A stretch of DNA of 64,000 nucleotides from a virus. Of the stretch, positions 50,105 to 58,204 are shown in pieces; the first letter of the stretch is position 1, and every line of letters begins with the position of its first letter. Where the stretch lies: positions 1 through 64,000 of the IMG/VR virus record IMGVR_UViG_3300034068_001120; one strand, written 5' to 3'. Made by a program: the position numbers and the translations under genes. Below the pieces are notes generated by a model that was not told the DNA's origin, made no database searches, and worked only from the letters and a program-made list of their open reading frames with translations.

Positions 50105-50271
50105 TTTGTTTGCTCTTTGTAAATTTCGTACAGTCCTTCTAGGTGTCCATTAGAATCCGCACCATGTTCGATTCGACAATTAATTTCCGTCAAGATGCGC
50201 CGCACTAAAGAGTTCGCTTCGTCCCGTTCCTTACGAAGTTGCTCTATTTCTTCTTCTCTTGTTGTCATTTT
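50082..50271. repeat. 26-bp perfect direct repeat (50082-50107, 50246-50271)
   Basis: ATTTCTTCTTCTCTTGTTGTCATTTT twice; it is the start of two adjacent genes. Confidence 0.9.
50101..50268 (-). CDS. 55-aa hypothetical protein
   Basis: MTTREEEIEQLRKERDEANSLVRR...; ATGA overlaps. Confidence 0.7.
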   Translation of the reverse strand: MTTREEEIEQLRKERDEANSLVRRILTEINCRIEHGADSNGHLEGLYEIYKEQTK

Positions 50272-51278
50272 TTCTTCTTTATTGGTTTGATCTTTGGTGG
50301 AGTCTTACTGAACTTACCTTCTTTTGCTTCTTTTAATCCTTTGCAAAGTTTTGCATCTTGCGACACTTCTTGCGACAAAGTGTCACTAGCCACTTCCTCC
50401 TTGAAGCAATCCCAACCACGATCAGCGGCAAACCATTGCAATTTTAGACGAGTTGGTTCGACAGTTTTTTCTGCCAAAAACCAACAAACCTCACGCCTTG
50501 CATAGTCACGCTCTTTCCGTAGTTGTGCATTCTCTGCACAAGTTCCAGCGATTCCCATATGAGATGCCCACGGCACACCACAGGAATGGCAATGAGATTG
50601 AACTGCTGCAGAATCTGTATCCTCTAATTGCGACACTTCTTGTGACAAAGTGTCACGAGCCACTTCTTGCAGTTGTGCAATCACTATCTTCATCTCTGTC
50701 ATTTCTGTTCGGCGATCCCACAATTCTTGATTAAGACTGTCCCACATTTCTTGCGACATTTCTTGTGAAAATTGTTCCGACACTTTGTCGGGATTTGAAT
50801 CTGTTAGGAATTCTTCGGCACTTCCACTTACCCAACCTTGGCGTTTTAGATTACAGGCAGTACAAGTGGTGTGCAACCAACCACTATCTGTATTTCTCCG
50901 TGCAGGACTTCCACATAGTTCACATATTCGTCCTGACATTGCTTCTGCCAACTCAATCATTGCTTCTGTGCTAGCATCTCCACCGTCCACATAGAATCGA
51001 AGTGTTCCCAATTTCTCTTTGACTTGGGCAGCAACAACCTGTACATATTCAGGATCACCTTCTTCGACGAACTCGTACTTATCTGTTTCGATTATGTAGC
51101 GTGTATTTGCAGCAGTACAATGTTGTTGCATTGTATAACAGAGTGTATCTAGGAGGTCGTACCACCCATCGTTGCATTCGATACCCCATGCCATACAAGT
51201 CACCATCGGATCACCGCCGATATTCTTGAATATCTTTGGATAGGTTTTTATTAAATCGTTTTGTAATTTTTCATTCAT
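50265..51278 (-). CDS. Mosaic hypothetical protein
   Basis: IECNDGWY...QVKEKLGTLRFY...ICELCG domain followed by a repeat-bounded module. Confidence 0.75.
   Translation of the reverse strand: MNEKLQNDLIKTYPKIFKNIGGDPMVTCMAWGIECNDGWYDLLDTLCYTMQQHCTAANTRYIIETDKYEFVEEGDPEYVQVVAAQVKEKLGTLRFYVDGGDASTEAMIELAEAMSGRICELCGSPARRNTDSGWLHTTCTACNLKRQGWVSGSAEEFLTDSNPDKVSEQFSQEMSQEMWDSLNQELWDRRTEMTEMKIVIAQLQEVARDTLSQEVSQLEDTDSAAVQSHCHSCGVPWASHMGIAGTCAENAQLRKERDYARREVCWFLAEKTVEPTRLKLQWFAADRGWDCFKEEVASDTLSQEVSQDAKLCKGLKEAKEGKFSKTPPKIKPIKKKK
50358..50666. repeat. 39-bp direct repeat with 2 mismatches (50358-50396, 50628-50666)
   Basis: TTGCGACACTTCTTG(C/T)GACAAAGTGTCAC(T/G)AGCCACTTC, 270 bp apart. Confidence 0.9.
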
Positions 51279-51543
51279 GTGAGTTTCTTTCTTGTTCTAC
51301 TCTTTCATCCAAGTCAATTAGAATTACTTTGCGCCATGTTTCTTGGTCACACCCATTGCTATACATTGCCTCATTTACTTCTTTTACAATCATGTCTTTT
51401 GTATTTTTGGATAAGAGTTTCCAATTCGTTACGATGGCATCGGCACCGTCTGATGAAGCGTATGTCTTCCTAGACAGACAATATCTAAACATCCAAAATA
51501 GCTGGTCTTCTGTTACTGTTATTTTATTATTTAACTTTCCCAA
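51271..51543 (-). CDS. Hypothetical protein
   Basis: FRYCLSRKTY motif; packed operon. Confidence 0.7.
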   Translation of the reverse strand: MGKLNNKITVTEDQLFWMFRYCLSRKTYASSDGADAIVTNWKLLSKNTKDMIVKEVNEAMYSNGCDQETWRKVILIDLDERVEQERNSHE

Positions 51544-52070
51544 TATACTATTTCTCCTCGTTTGTAAAATTTTAAGTTCTTTGAATGCTTTTCATCTGTA
51601 AAATGCTTGTCCTTGATAGTGAAATGATTATTAGGAACAAGAGCAAAATATCCACGATCAAGTGTAATAAGACTTAAGGGTTTATGTTCAGCAGGATAAC
51701 GAGAATAACCATCTTTCCAATCAATTATGATTCCTGTATGCCTACCTTGTTTTCCTGCATGAAATACATTGACAGCGAGTCCTTCAAGATAAGTTGCTCC
51801 AAAAGTTTCAAGATGATTACCCATTCCACCCCAAGGTTGAATGGCATTATTCTTACCATCATCAAACACTTCCGTGGTAGACAAAGCAGATAAGGGAAGA
51901 CCCGACCAATGAGCACCTGATTGAAGAACAACATGACAGCAAATCAATTGTCCTATTCTTGAGTATATAGCGTGCCATATAGCAGGAGTGTGCCCAATAG
52001 GCATATCATTACCAAGAAATGAATTTTTAACATTCACATACAGATGATGTGGTAGGTTAGCATTTTTCAT
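51531..52070 (-). CDS. Hypothetical protein
   Basis: GAGGAG SD before MKNANLP; SGAHW..LP, EHK, FALVPNN motifs. Confidence 0.75.
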   Translation of the reverse strand: MKNANLPHHLYVNVKNSFLGNDMPIGHTPAIWHAIYSRIGQLICCHVVLQSGAHWSGLPLSALSTTEVFDDGKNNAIQPWGGMGNHLETFGATYLEGLAVNVFHAGKQGRHTGIIIDWKDGYSRYPAEHKPLSLITLDRGYFALVPNNHFTIKDKHFTDEKHSKNLKFYKRGEIVYWES

Positions 52071-52081
52071 TTCATATCTCC

Positions 52082-52243
52082 TCAAGCCCAATCTGGAAGC
52101 GAGTCAGGTCCGTCATCATCATGAGAATTGGTTGCCCAACAAAGTTTATCAATCTGTTTTTGTTGTTGGGCAATCTTATCTTCTGCCACTTTAAGTCTTC
52201 TTTGTAGTTCCTTTAACTGAAACTCAAGTTGTAAATTTGTCAT
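52082..52243 (-). CDS. 53-aa coiled-coil peptide
   Basis: MTNLQLEFQLKELQRRLKVAEDK...; ATGA overlap, AAGGA SD. Confidence 0.65.
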   Translation of the reverse strand: MTNLQLEFQLKELQRRLKVAEDKIAQQQKQIDKLCWATNSHDDDGPDSLPDWA

Positions 52244-52758
52244 TTCATATATCCTTTTTTGAACTGTTCGTTGTTAAAGTTTGCTTCCTCTTGAAGATTG
52301 AGCATCTCTGCTAGTTGATTCTGCTCGTCTTCACGGCAGATCTTCATTACATTCTCAATGGAAAGAGTGCAATCTCCTGCAGGGGATGCGCCGTACGGAG
52401 GTAATATCCCACGCACAACTGGTGACGGGACATACTCTGATATTCTTATTTTTGCCTCTTCTATCCGCTCATGTAAGACTCCTGCTCCCTCGAGGGTATC
52501 CAACAACTCCTCCTTGAGGGCAACAACTTGATCTTGTAGTTTTACAAGTTCAGCAATCGCTCTACCCATCAAAATCTGCTCTAGGGACGATCCCCTGCCC
52601 TCATCCAAATACTTCTGCATCAATAAGATCGTATTAGGTTCTCCATTCTCTCCTTCAAATAGTTTGCCCACAAACGAACTACTGAGTTCATTCATAAATT
52701 TTTCTACCGTCATCGTGTCTGCAATCTTTTGCCCTTGTGTTTGTGGTTTAATTTTCAT
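52240..52758 (-). CDS. Hypothetical protein
   Basis: 172 aa ORF with AAGGA SD. Confidence 0.7.
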   Translation of the reverse strand: MKIKPQTQGQKIADTMTVEKFMNELSSSFVGKLFEGENGEPNTILLMQKYLDEGRGSSLEQILMGRAIAELVKLQDQVVALKEELLDTLEGAGVLHERIEEAKIRISEYVPSPVVRGILPPYGASPAGDCTLSIENVMKICREDEQNQLAEMLNLQEEANFNNEQFKKGYMK

Positions 52759-52835
52759 TTTTTATTCCTTCTATCCATTAGGATTGAAATTACGATTGCA
52801 ACAGATACAACTAATACTAGAAACAAAATAATCAT
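52755..52835 (-). CDS. 26-aa TM micropeptide
   Basis: MIILFLVLVVSVAIVISILMDRRNKK; ATGA overlaps. Confidence 0.6.
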   Translation of the reverse strand: MIILFLVLVVSVAIVISILMDRRNKK

Positions 52836-52912
52836 TTGCGTTTCTCGTTTTGTAGTAACAATATAATGTTAAATAATTGAACCACAATTATAATGCACAA
52901 TAAAGTAATCAT
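52832..52912 (-). CDS. 26-aa TM micropeptide
   Basis: MITLLCIIIVVQLFNIILLLQNEKRK; ATGA overlaps. Confidence 0.6.
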   Translation of the reverse strand: MITLLCIIIVVQLFNIILLLQNEKRK

Positions 52913-53019
52913 CGAAGGTTTATCCTTTTTAAGATTGTATGAAGAAGTGTACTGACTATAGCACACAGCAACATAAAGCAAACTACAGGTATTGCTACAG
53001 AGAGTACGGTTTCAATCAT
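52909..53019 (-). CDS. 36-aa TM micropeptide
   Basis: MIETVLSVAIPVVCFMLLCAIVSTLLHTILKRINLR; ATGA overlap with the uvsE stop. Confidence 0.6.
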   Translation of the reverse strand: MIETVLSVAIPVVCFMLLCAIVSTLLHTILKRINLR

Positions 53020-53960
53020 TTTGTTTGGCTCTTTTCAGGCATTGAACAATACCTATACATAGGATTTTTGGTTGTGTACCACAAGACTGCAAGATCTTTT
53101 GCTTTTGCTTCTACCATTATATCATATGGTAGAGTAAGTGATAATTCAGGAATCATACTATTTATGAAATCTGAATGTGCCTGTGGTCTAGCACCTATTT
53201 TAGATTCTGAATAATGTACTTTCGGTATCTCACAAAATCCCGCCCAAGTACTGAACGCCATTGCAGCGGCATCTTGTAAAGATTCTCGATTGCAAAATTG
53301 GTGATGATGAATATCCAAAACCAATTTAATTCCAGGACAACGAGGCACAATGAGTTCAAACAGATCACTCATACTCCACATACTCGCCTTATCATCATTC
53401 TCTATCGTTAGTCTTTCTTGAATAGCAACAGGCAAAAGAGCATATTGTTCTGCAAATCGTTTTGCAGTTTCTAGTTTGTTCTCATATACACCACCAATAT
53501 GGATATTGATTGCAAACTCTGCTCCATATCCTAGCATATCTGCAATTGTAGAGTGCATTTGCAATCCTAAAATACTTTTCTCTACAGTTTTAGGATTAGG
53601 TGAAGCAAGGCAAGTATATGGGCCAGGATGACAACTCAATCGCATTCTTTTTTGTTTTGCGTAGTAACCTGCTGTTTGTAAATTGGTTTGTATTGCAACT
53701 GCATCAGGCAAATCTGTTACCTTGTATTGCAATGTAGAATGATCTATAAACGGAAATATGCCACTACCAACTCGAAAAAAGTAAATCTTATTTTGATAAT
53801 TCCATTCTAGAATCGGCAACAAGTCAGCACTATTTTTAAGTGCCAACTCGTTTGCACGAGCAATAGAAAACTTATTCATTCGACAAGTTCTATCTGTTAG
53901 GACTTCGTTTGATTCATTAAGTGTCATATTTTTACAAGCATATCCAAACCGTTTAATCAT
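53016..53960 (-). CDS. uvsE: UV DNA damage endonuclease (UvsE/UvdE)
   Basis: FGYAC, RLSCHPG, IHIGG, LTIENDD, LDIHHH, PKVHYS, AHSD, MVEAKAKD. Confidence 0.94.
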   Translation of the reverse strand: MIKRFGYACKNMTLNESNEVLTDRTCRMNKFSIARANELALKNSADLLPILEWNYQNKIYFFRVGSGIFPFIDHSTLQYKVTDLPDAVAIQTNLQTAGYYAKQKRMRLSCHPGPYTCLASPNPKTVEKSILGLQMHSTIADMLGYGAEFAINIHIGGVYENKLETAKRFAEQYALLPVAIQERLTIENDDKASMWSMSDLFELIVPRCPGIKLVLDIHHHQFCNRESLQDAAAMAFSTWAGFCEIPKVHYSESKIGARPQAHSDFINSMIPELSLTLPYDIMVEAKAKDLAVLWYTTKNPMYRYCSMPEKSQTK

Positions 53961-54201
53961 GTCGATTTAATCCTAATTGTTTTTGGTATTCCATTACGAT
54001 TCTTCCTGCTTCATCACACGATTTTTCGTGTCCATGAGTATTTGTGAAGTGGCCTTTATCACAATGAATAATATTTAATAAATCCTCTACATCATTCTTT
54101 AACTTTCTATATTCTCTGCATTTAGATAAATCTCCAAGACTATTAACTATAGGAAATCCACAGTTCACACATTGTATTAAAGGATTAAAGCCGTTAATCA
54201 C
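53953..54201 (-). CDS. Small Cys-motif / coiled-coil protein
   Basis: CVNCGFP...C.EYRKL; AAGGA SD, GTG start. Confidence 0.6.
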   Translation of the reverse strand: MINGFNPLIQCVNCGFPIVNSLGDLSKCREYRKLKNDVEDLLNIIHCDKGHFTNTHGHEKSCDEAGRIVMEYQKQLGLNRHD

Positions 54202-54326
54202 TTGTATTCCTTTCTTGAAATAATATAGGATACCGTTTTTAATCCAACAAACATACCAAGTGCAAATACAGCAATAATTATACCATTGTACTCAAGGAAC
54301 GATTGAATGTTCAATACAGTCTGCAT
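54198..54326 (-). CDS. 42-aa TM micropeptide
   Basis: MQTVLNIQSFLEYNGIIIAVFALGMFVGLKTVSYIISRKEYK; fills the gap between ligase and the next ORF with overlaps. Confidence 0.6.
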   Translation of the reverse strand: MQTVLNIQSFLEYNGIIIAVFALGMFVGLKTVSYIISRKEYK

Positions 54327-55468
54327 CATTCGTAGTCCCTCACACTAACACCGATAGGAAACCGTGGCAGATTGCCATTAGTGAGTCCCTGATACCGTAC
54401 AGTCAACATCTTCCCGATTACACTCCTAGGATTCTTTAAGATGTCTTTAAGAACATCAAGTGAGCCTTCCATCTTGCAATCAAACAAATCACCCTTTAAT
54501 GTTGTACAAGTAAAGATGGCACATTCTGCCATTCGACCACGACCTGCCTTTACTCCTGTAATCTTAAACTCGGCATCATCGAACTCCTTGATCTTTTGCA
54601 GATTGTAGGATCGTTTGTATTCATAAAGAGAATCGGCATTGCGTGCCATTGTGCCTTCGTATCCTGATGTGCGATCTTCTTGAAATTGTTCCATTAGTTG
54701 ATTCGCGTCCAATATAAAAGTAGTATTCACAGAAATCAACGGTGCTTTGAGTTCGGCATTCTTGATTGCATCTGTGCGTTCCGTGAATGCACAACCATCA
54801 ATCATATCATACACATGATATTCCACCACTTCGTGTCCTGCCTTTGGCGTGACTTGCTTCACAAACGATACAATCTCTTCAAACCGATTCTTGTAAGAAT
54901 GGTTATATAGTTCACCATCCAAAACAGTTCGATCTTCTGCCGTGTCTCCATCATATTGAGGAAACTGTTCTTCCAATGCACGAATAATGTGAGGAACTCC
55001 TGTAATCGGCTTGCGAGTGCGCGACCACAAAGTAGCCACACCAAGTTCAATAATAGCAATGCATCGAATACCATCTAGTTTCGGTTGAGCATAACAAGGA
55101 TACTCAATCTTACTTTCGTGATCTCGGAATTTGTGAGCCAGCATGGGATCAACGCCACCAACAACGAATTGAGTGTCAACCAATCCTGCCTTGGCTGATT
55201 CTTTTGTCTTGGAATATCCACTCTTTAACTTTTTCTCCCATTGTGCAGTTGCTTCTGCAATAGCCTGTTCTTCAGGACTTGTTTCATTGGATTTACCCAC
55301 ATTCTTTCCTTTTCGGATTATATCTCTTGTGGTTTGCATTTTACCATCAATCTGACCATATACTTTGATAATACAATTGCTTTCCACACAAATACTCCAT
55401 TGTTGAATGCTTCCGTTGGAATTAAGAGAAAATAATGGTGCAAAGTTTTTCATGATTAAGGTTTTCAT
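54326..55468 (-). CDS. lig: ATP-dependent DNA ligase with an N-terminal WGR-like domain
   Basis: PMLA, QPKLDGIR (motif I), LDGELY, YHVYD, EGTMAR, KIKEFDDAEF, LPRFP. Confidence 0.93.
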   Translation of the reverse strand: MKTLIMKNFAPLFSLNSNGSIQQWSICVESNCIIKVYGQIDGKMQTTRDIIRKGKNVGKSNETSPEEQAIAEATAQWEKKLKSGYSKTKESAKAGLVDTQFVVGGVDPMLAHKFRDHESKIEYPCYAQPKLDGIRCIAIIELGVATLWSRTRKPITGVPHIIRALEEQFPQYDGDTAEDRTVLDGELYNHSYKNRFEEIVSFVKQVTPKAGHEVVEYHVYDMIDGCAFTERTDAIKNAELKAPLISVNTTFILDANQLMEQFQEDRTSGYEGTMARNADSLYEYKRSYNLQKIKEFDDAEFKITGVKAGRGRMAECAIFTCTTLKGDLFDCKMEGSLDVLKDILKNPRSVIGKMLTVRYQGLTNGNLPRFPIGVSVRDYE

Positions 55469-55482
55469 TGTCGGCTTTCTGT

Positions 55483-55809
55483 TTATTTGGTTCGAGTTTT
55501 ACGATTCGAGTGCATGAATTCTGTGGTTTCGTTTTTGTCGTAGCATTTCCATTTGATTCGTGGCATTTGAGTGACAAAGTACGCAATAAGCGTATTGACA
55601 CGCGCAATTCCTCTAATAGTGAACGAGTACTCTCTTACATTAGTAAGAAAACTATATCCTCTACCTCTTTCAGATCTCCTAAAGGTCTTGGGAAGCATAT
55701 CCGCAAGCATATCAAGTTTCCAATCTTGTTTGCTTGAAAAAACCAAGTCAAATACTCGATTCTTGTCCCCTTGTAGTTCTTTTATTTGATTGACAGGTTT
55801 CTTTTTCAT
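55483..55809 (-). CDS. Hypothetical basic protein
   Basis: 108 aa ORF with AAGGA SD. Confidence 0.6.
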   Translation of the reverse strand: MKKKPVNQIKELQGDKNRVFDLVFSSKQDWKLDMLADMLPKTFRRSERGRGYSFLTNVREYSFTIRGIARVNTLIAYFVTQMPRIKWKCYDKNETTEFMHSNRKTRTK

Positions 55810-55813
55810 TATT

Positions 55814-56014
55814 TTAATTTCCTTGTTTTAAGTTTGAATCCGATCTATCCATAATAGGTATCCCATCTTCAAGAATGGTTGACAGAATCATTTTGGGAAA
55901 TTCATCCTCTGTCTTAAAGCATTGAAATGCTTCGGAGGCAAACGCCTCGGCTTGCTCTGTATCCTGACAAACAAATTCCAATACCAGTTTAATTTCTTTA
56001 TTGTGCATCTGCAC
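55814..56014 (-). CDS. Hypothetical protein
   Basis: AAGGAG upstream; packed operon. Confidence 0.55.
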   Translation of the reverse strand: MQMHNKEIKLVLEFVCQDTEQAEAFASEAFQCFKTEDEFPKMILSTILEDGIPIMDRSDSNLKQGN

Positions 56015-56276
56015 TCCTTTTTAAAATATTAGTAGTTTCCTTGCTTTCCCGTTCTTCAAAAAACGAATAATCCAACACAGGCAGAGTAATTGCATTTGCA
56101 TAACGAATCATGTCTTCTTGAAGTCCATCCACCGAGTCGGAGGACATAGGATAGGATGCTGTGGAACTGCACATAACAGGTTCTCCACCTTCAAAATAGA
56201 CTTCACGAATATCCCAAATAAAAGCATCTCCTACACTTGACATAATCACTCGATATTCCCAATAATTCTTTTTCAT
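55998..56276 (-). CDS. Hypothetical protein
   Basis: Start moved to MKKNYWEYRV to avoid the tRNA-Lys; IREVYF, LPVL motifs. Confidence 0.7.
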   Translation of the reverse strand: MKKNYWEYRVIMSSVGDAFIWDIREVYFEGGEPVMCSSTASYPMSSDSVDGLQEDMIRYANAITLPVLDYSFFEERESKETTNILKRSADAQ

Positions 56277-56293
56277 GCGATTTCCTTTTTGAA

Positions 56294-56366
56294 TGAGGTC
56301 GGTGGGACTCGAACCCACGACCAAGAAATTAAAAGTTTCCTGCGCTTCCAACTGCGCCACGACCTC
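56294..56366 (-). tRNA. tRNA-Lys(UUU)
   Basis: GAGGTCG/CGACCTC acceptor, GGAAA-CTTTTAA-TTTCT anticodon arm, GGTTCGAGTCC. Confidence 0.95.
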
Positions 56367-56383
56367 AATATATTAAATTTTGC

Positions 56384-57055
56384 TCAAAGTTGCACAGCCT
56401 GATAATTTGCTCCTGCTTTCAATATAGGAGCAGGAAGAAACATCTTACGATTACATATAGGATTGCAATACGACTCGGCATAATATCCTGCCATAGAAAT
56501 CCATTCAGGATTACCATTTCCTGGAGGAACAAGTCGAACAGGAGCATCAATTGCGTGTTGCAAAGCCAAAAGAAATTGTTCGTCGTTTAGATGATTGCTT
56601 TCTGTAATAAAAATATCCCAAGCAGCCAATCCATGAACAATCATACAAAGAGTAGTCCATCCTGTATCTGTGGGAGAGATGGTAATACCAATCATGTCCA
56701 TCATTTTCCTGTTTGTTGACATGGGAGCAATAGTGGTATCATATTGAATAGAACAATGTTCTCTACCATTAGAATGTCCAAGTAGATGACTTGCTTCACG
56801 CCGTGAACGCTTGTCAAGAATACTTAAATATTCATTAACCTTATCAGTCATTGCGCTCATTCGTTCTTGAATACCCAACTCTCGTTCTTCACGCAATTTA
56901 ATAAATATATTCTCACAATGTCGAAAAGGTACATACGCAGGAATTATCCTGACTCCCACACTACGCGCGGGAAGTGTAGACGGAGAGGTGGCAAGAGCCT
57001 GTTTAATGGCCGCAAGATGAGCAGTGATGTTAGCGGAAGGGTTAGGTGTTTTCAT
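56384..57055 (-). CDS. Hypothetical early protein
   Basis: Start MKTPN just after a sigma70 promoter; ITESNHLNDEQF motif. Confidence 0.7.
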   Translation of the reverse strand: MKTPNPSANITAHLAAIKQALATSPSTLPARSVGVRIIPAYVPFRHCENIFIKLREERELGIQERMSAMTDKVNEYLSILDKRSRREASHLLGHSNGREHCSIQYDTTIAPMSTNRKMMDMIGITISPTDTGWTTLCMIVHGLAAWDIFITESNHLNDEQFLLALQHAIDAPVRLVPPGNGNPEWISMAGYYAESYCNPICNRKMFLPAPILKAGANYQAVQL

Positions 57056-57064
57056 GTTATACAA

Positions 57065-57093
57065 AGTATACAACAGGAATCACCTCTTGTCAA
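57065..57093 (-). promoter_or_regulatory. Sigma70-type promoter
   Basis: TTGACA-17 nt-TATACT. Confidence 0.75.
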
Positions 57094-57284
57094 ATGAGAA
57101 GCCTAATAATGAATATTTTAATTTGATACCTGCATTATTATTCGTAAAATACATTATCCGAATAAAATATCGGCAGAATATGCTATTCAAGAGAGCATAA
57201 CAGGAGAGTGGTGCTATGACGAAAGAGGTGGGATAGCGGATCACAGCGGTCATTCTAGCCTTATAGATAAACCACTGTGAAGTC

Positions 57285-57329
57285 GGTGTCAGGTGGGGTG
57301 AATGGTGTCTGCGGGTGTCTGATGGTGTC
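57285..57329 (+). repeat. Phased GGTGTC hexamers
   Basis: GGTGTC at 57285, 57304, 57314 and 57324 in non-coding DNA. Confidence 0.7.
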
Positions 57330-57390
57330 AGGATGATGTTGGGTTAGTCTGCATACCCAGATGGACTCTATTTTTACCATAAATACTTTT

Positions 57391-57783
57391 ATGATCACCT
57401 TTATTCCTTTTCTTCTAGAATCTTCCCCGACACTCTCTGCACTTCGTCGAGCCAATGAAAAAGACTTGCAAGAACTTCCAGGGACCCGTGGCAAAGCAGC
57501 ACATCGCAAATTACATCTTATAATTAAAAGATTAATTCGTAACGAATCCACTGATTGGAGATCAAACCTGCACCTGTGGAGAGAGTACCTGCAAGCTACT
57601 ATGCAAGAAGATAGTACTATTGGTATAGGCTTTCCTGCAGCAGAACCAGCCCAGAGAGCGGCTCGAGAACCGGGATCTGATCCAACTATGACGGCTAAAA
57701 GAATGAGACGGCGTAGACCTGTCGGTGAATGGTCGAGGTCTGGTACTGGACCAGTTGAGATGGGTAGAAGCACTTGGAGTTAA
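57391..57783 (+). CDS. Arg-rich late protein, possible internal head protein
   Basis: CATAAATA 57378-57385 then ATG; MITFIPFLLES. Confidence 0.55.
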   Translation: MITFIPFLLESSPTLSALRRANEKDLQELPGTRGKAAHRKLHLIIKRLIRNESTDWRSNLHLWREYLQATMQEDSTIGIGFPAAEPAQRAAREPGSDPTMTAKRMRRRRPVGEWSRSGTGPVEMGRSTWS

Positions 57784-57816
57784 AATATAATTCACCCAGC
57801 GTTATCCAGCGTTAAA

Positions 57817-57890
57817 CATTCCTGAGTGGACTCGAACCACTGACCACCAGATTAGAAATCTAGTGCTCTATCCAACTGAGCTACAGGAAT
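57817..57890 (-). tRNA. tRNA-Arg(UCU)
   Basis: ATTCCTG/CAGGAAT acceptor, CTAGA-TTTCTAA-TCTGG anticodon arm, GGTTCGAGTCC. Confidence 0.94.
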
Positions 57891-57910
57891 AACATATTAG
57901 TTGATTAGTT

Positions 57911-58201
57911 TTACTGAGAACCGTATTTACGGGCCCGCAATCCAGCGGCTCGTTCTAATCGTTCATGATAACATTTAGGTGTGCCTCTGGCAACCTTTCG
58001 CATGACTTCTTTGAAGTCTTGTCCTGGACCCAGCGTGGCATCGCAGCCTGTGACTGGAGGAGTAATCCAAGATTTAGCGATAACTCCTTTGGCTTCGCAG
58101 TGTGGACAAGGCTGGCTCAGAGGCTGATTTCTATCCGTCACACTTAAGAACTGTTCGAACTTGTAAGCGCACTCGGCACACGAAAAATCATAAGTCGGCA
58201 T
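57911..58201 (-). CDS. FmdB-family zinc-ribbon protein
   Basis: MPTYDFSCAEC..FE...PCPHC. Confidence 0.88.
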   Translation of the reverse strand: MPTYDFSCAECAYKFEQFLSVTDRNQPLSQPCPHCEAKGVIAKSWITPPVTGCDATLGPGQDFKEVMRKVARGTPKCYHERLERAAGLRARKYGSQ

Positions 58202-58204
58202 TTG

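Noticed and set aside
56277-56360. N-terminal extension of ORF 55998-56360
   Set aside because: Overlaps tRNA-Lys; an SD supports the 56276 start
57261-57795. Minus-strand ORFs 57261-57773 and 57562-57795
   Set aside because: The plus-strand ORF has the promoter and leader motif; these look like shadows, although the strand call is not certain
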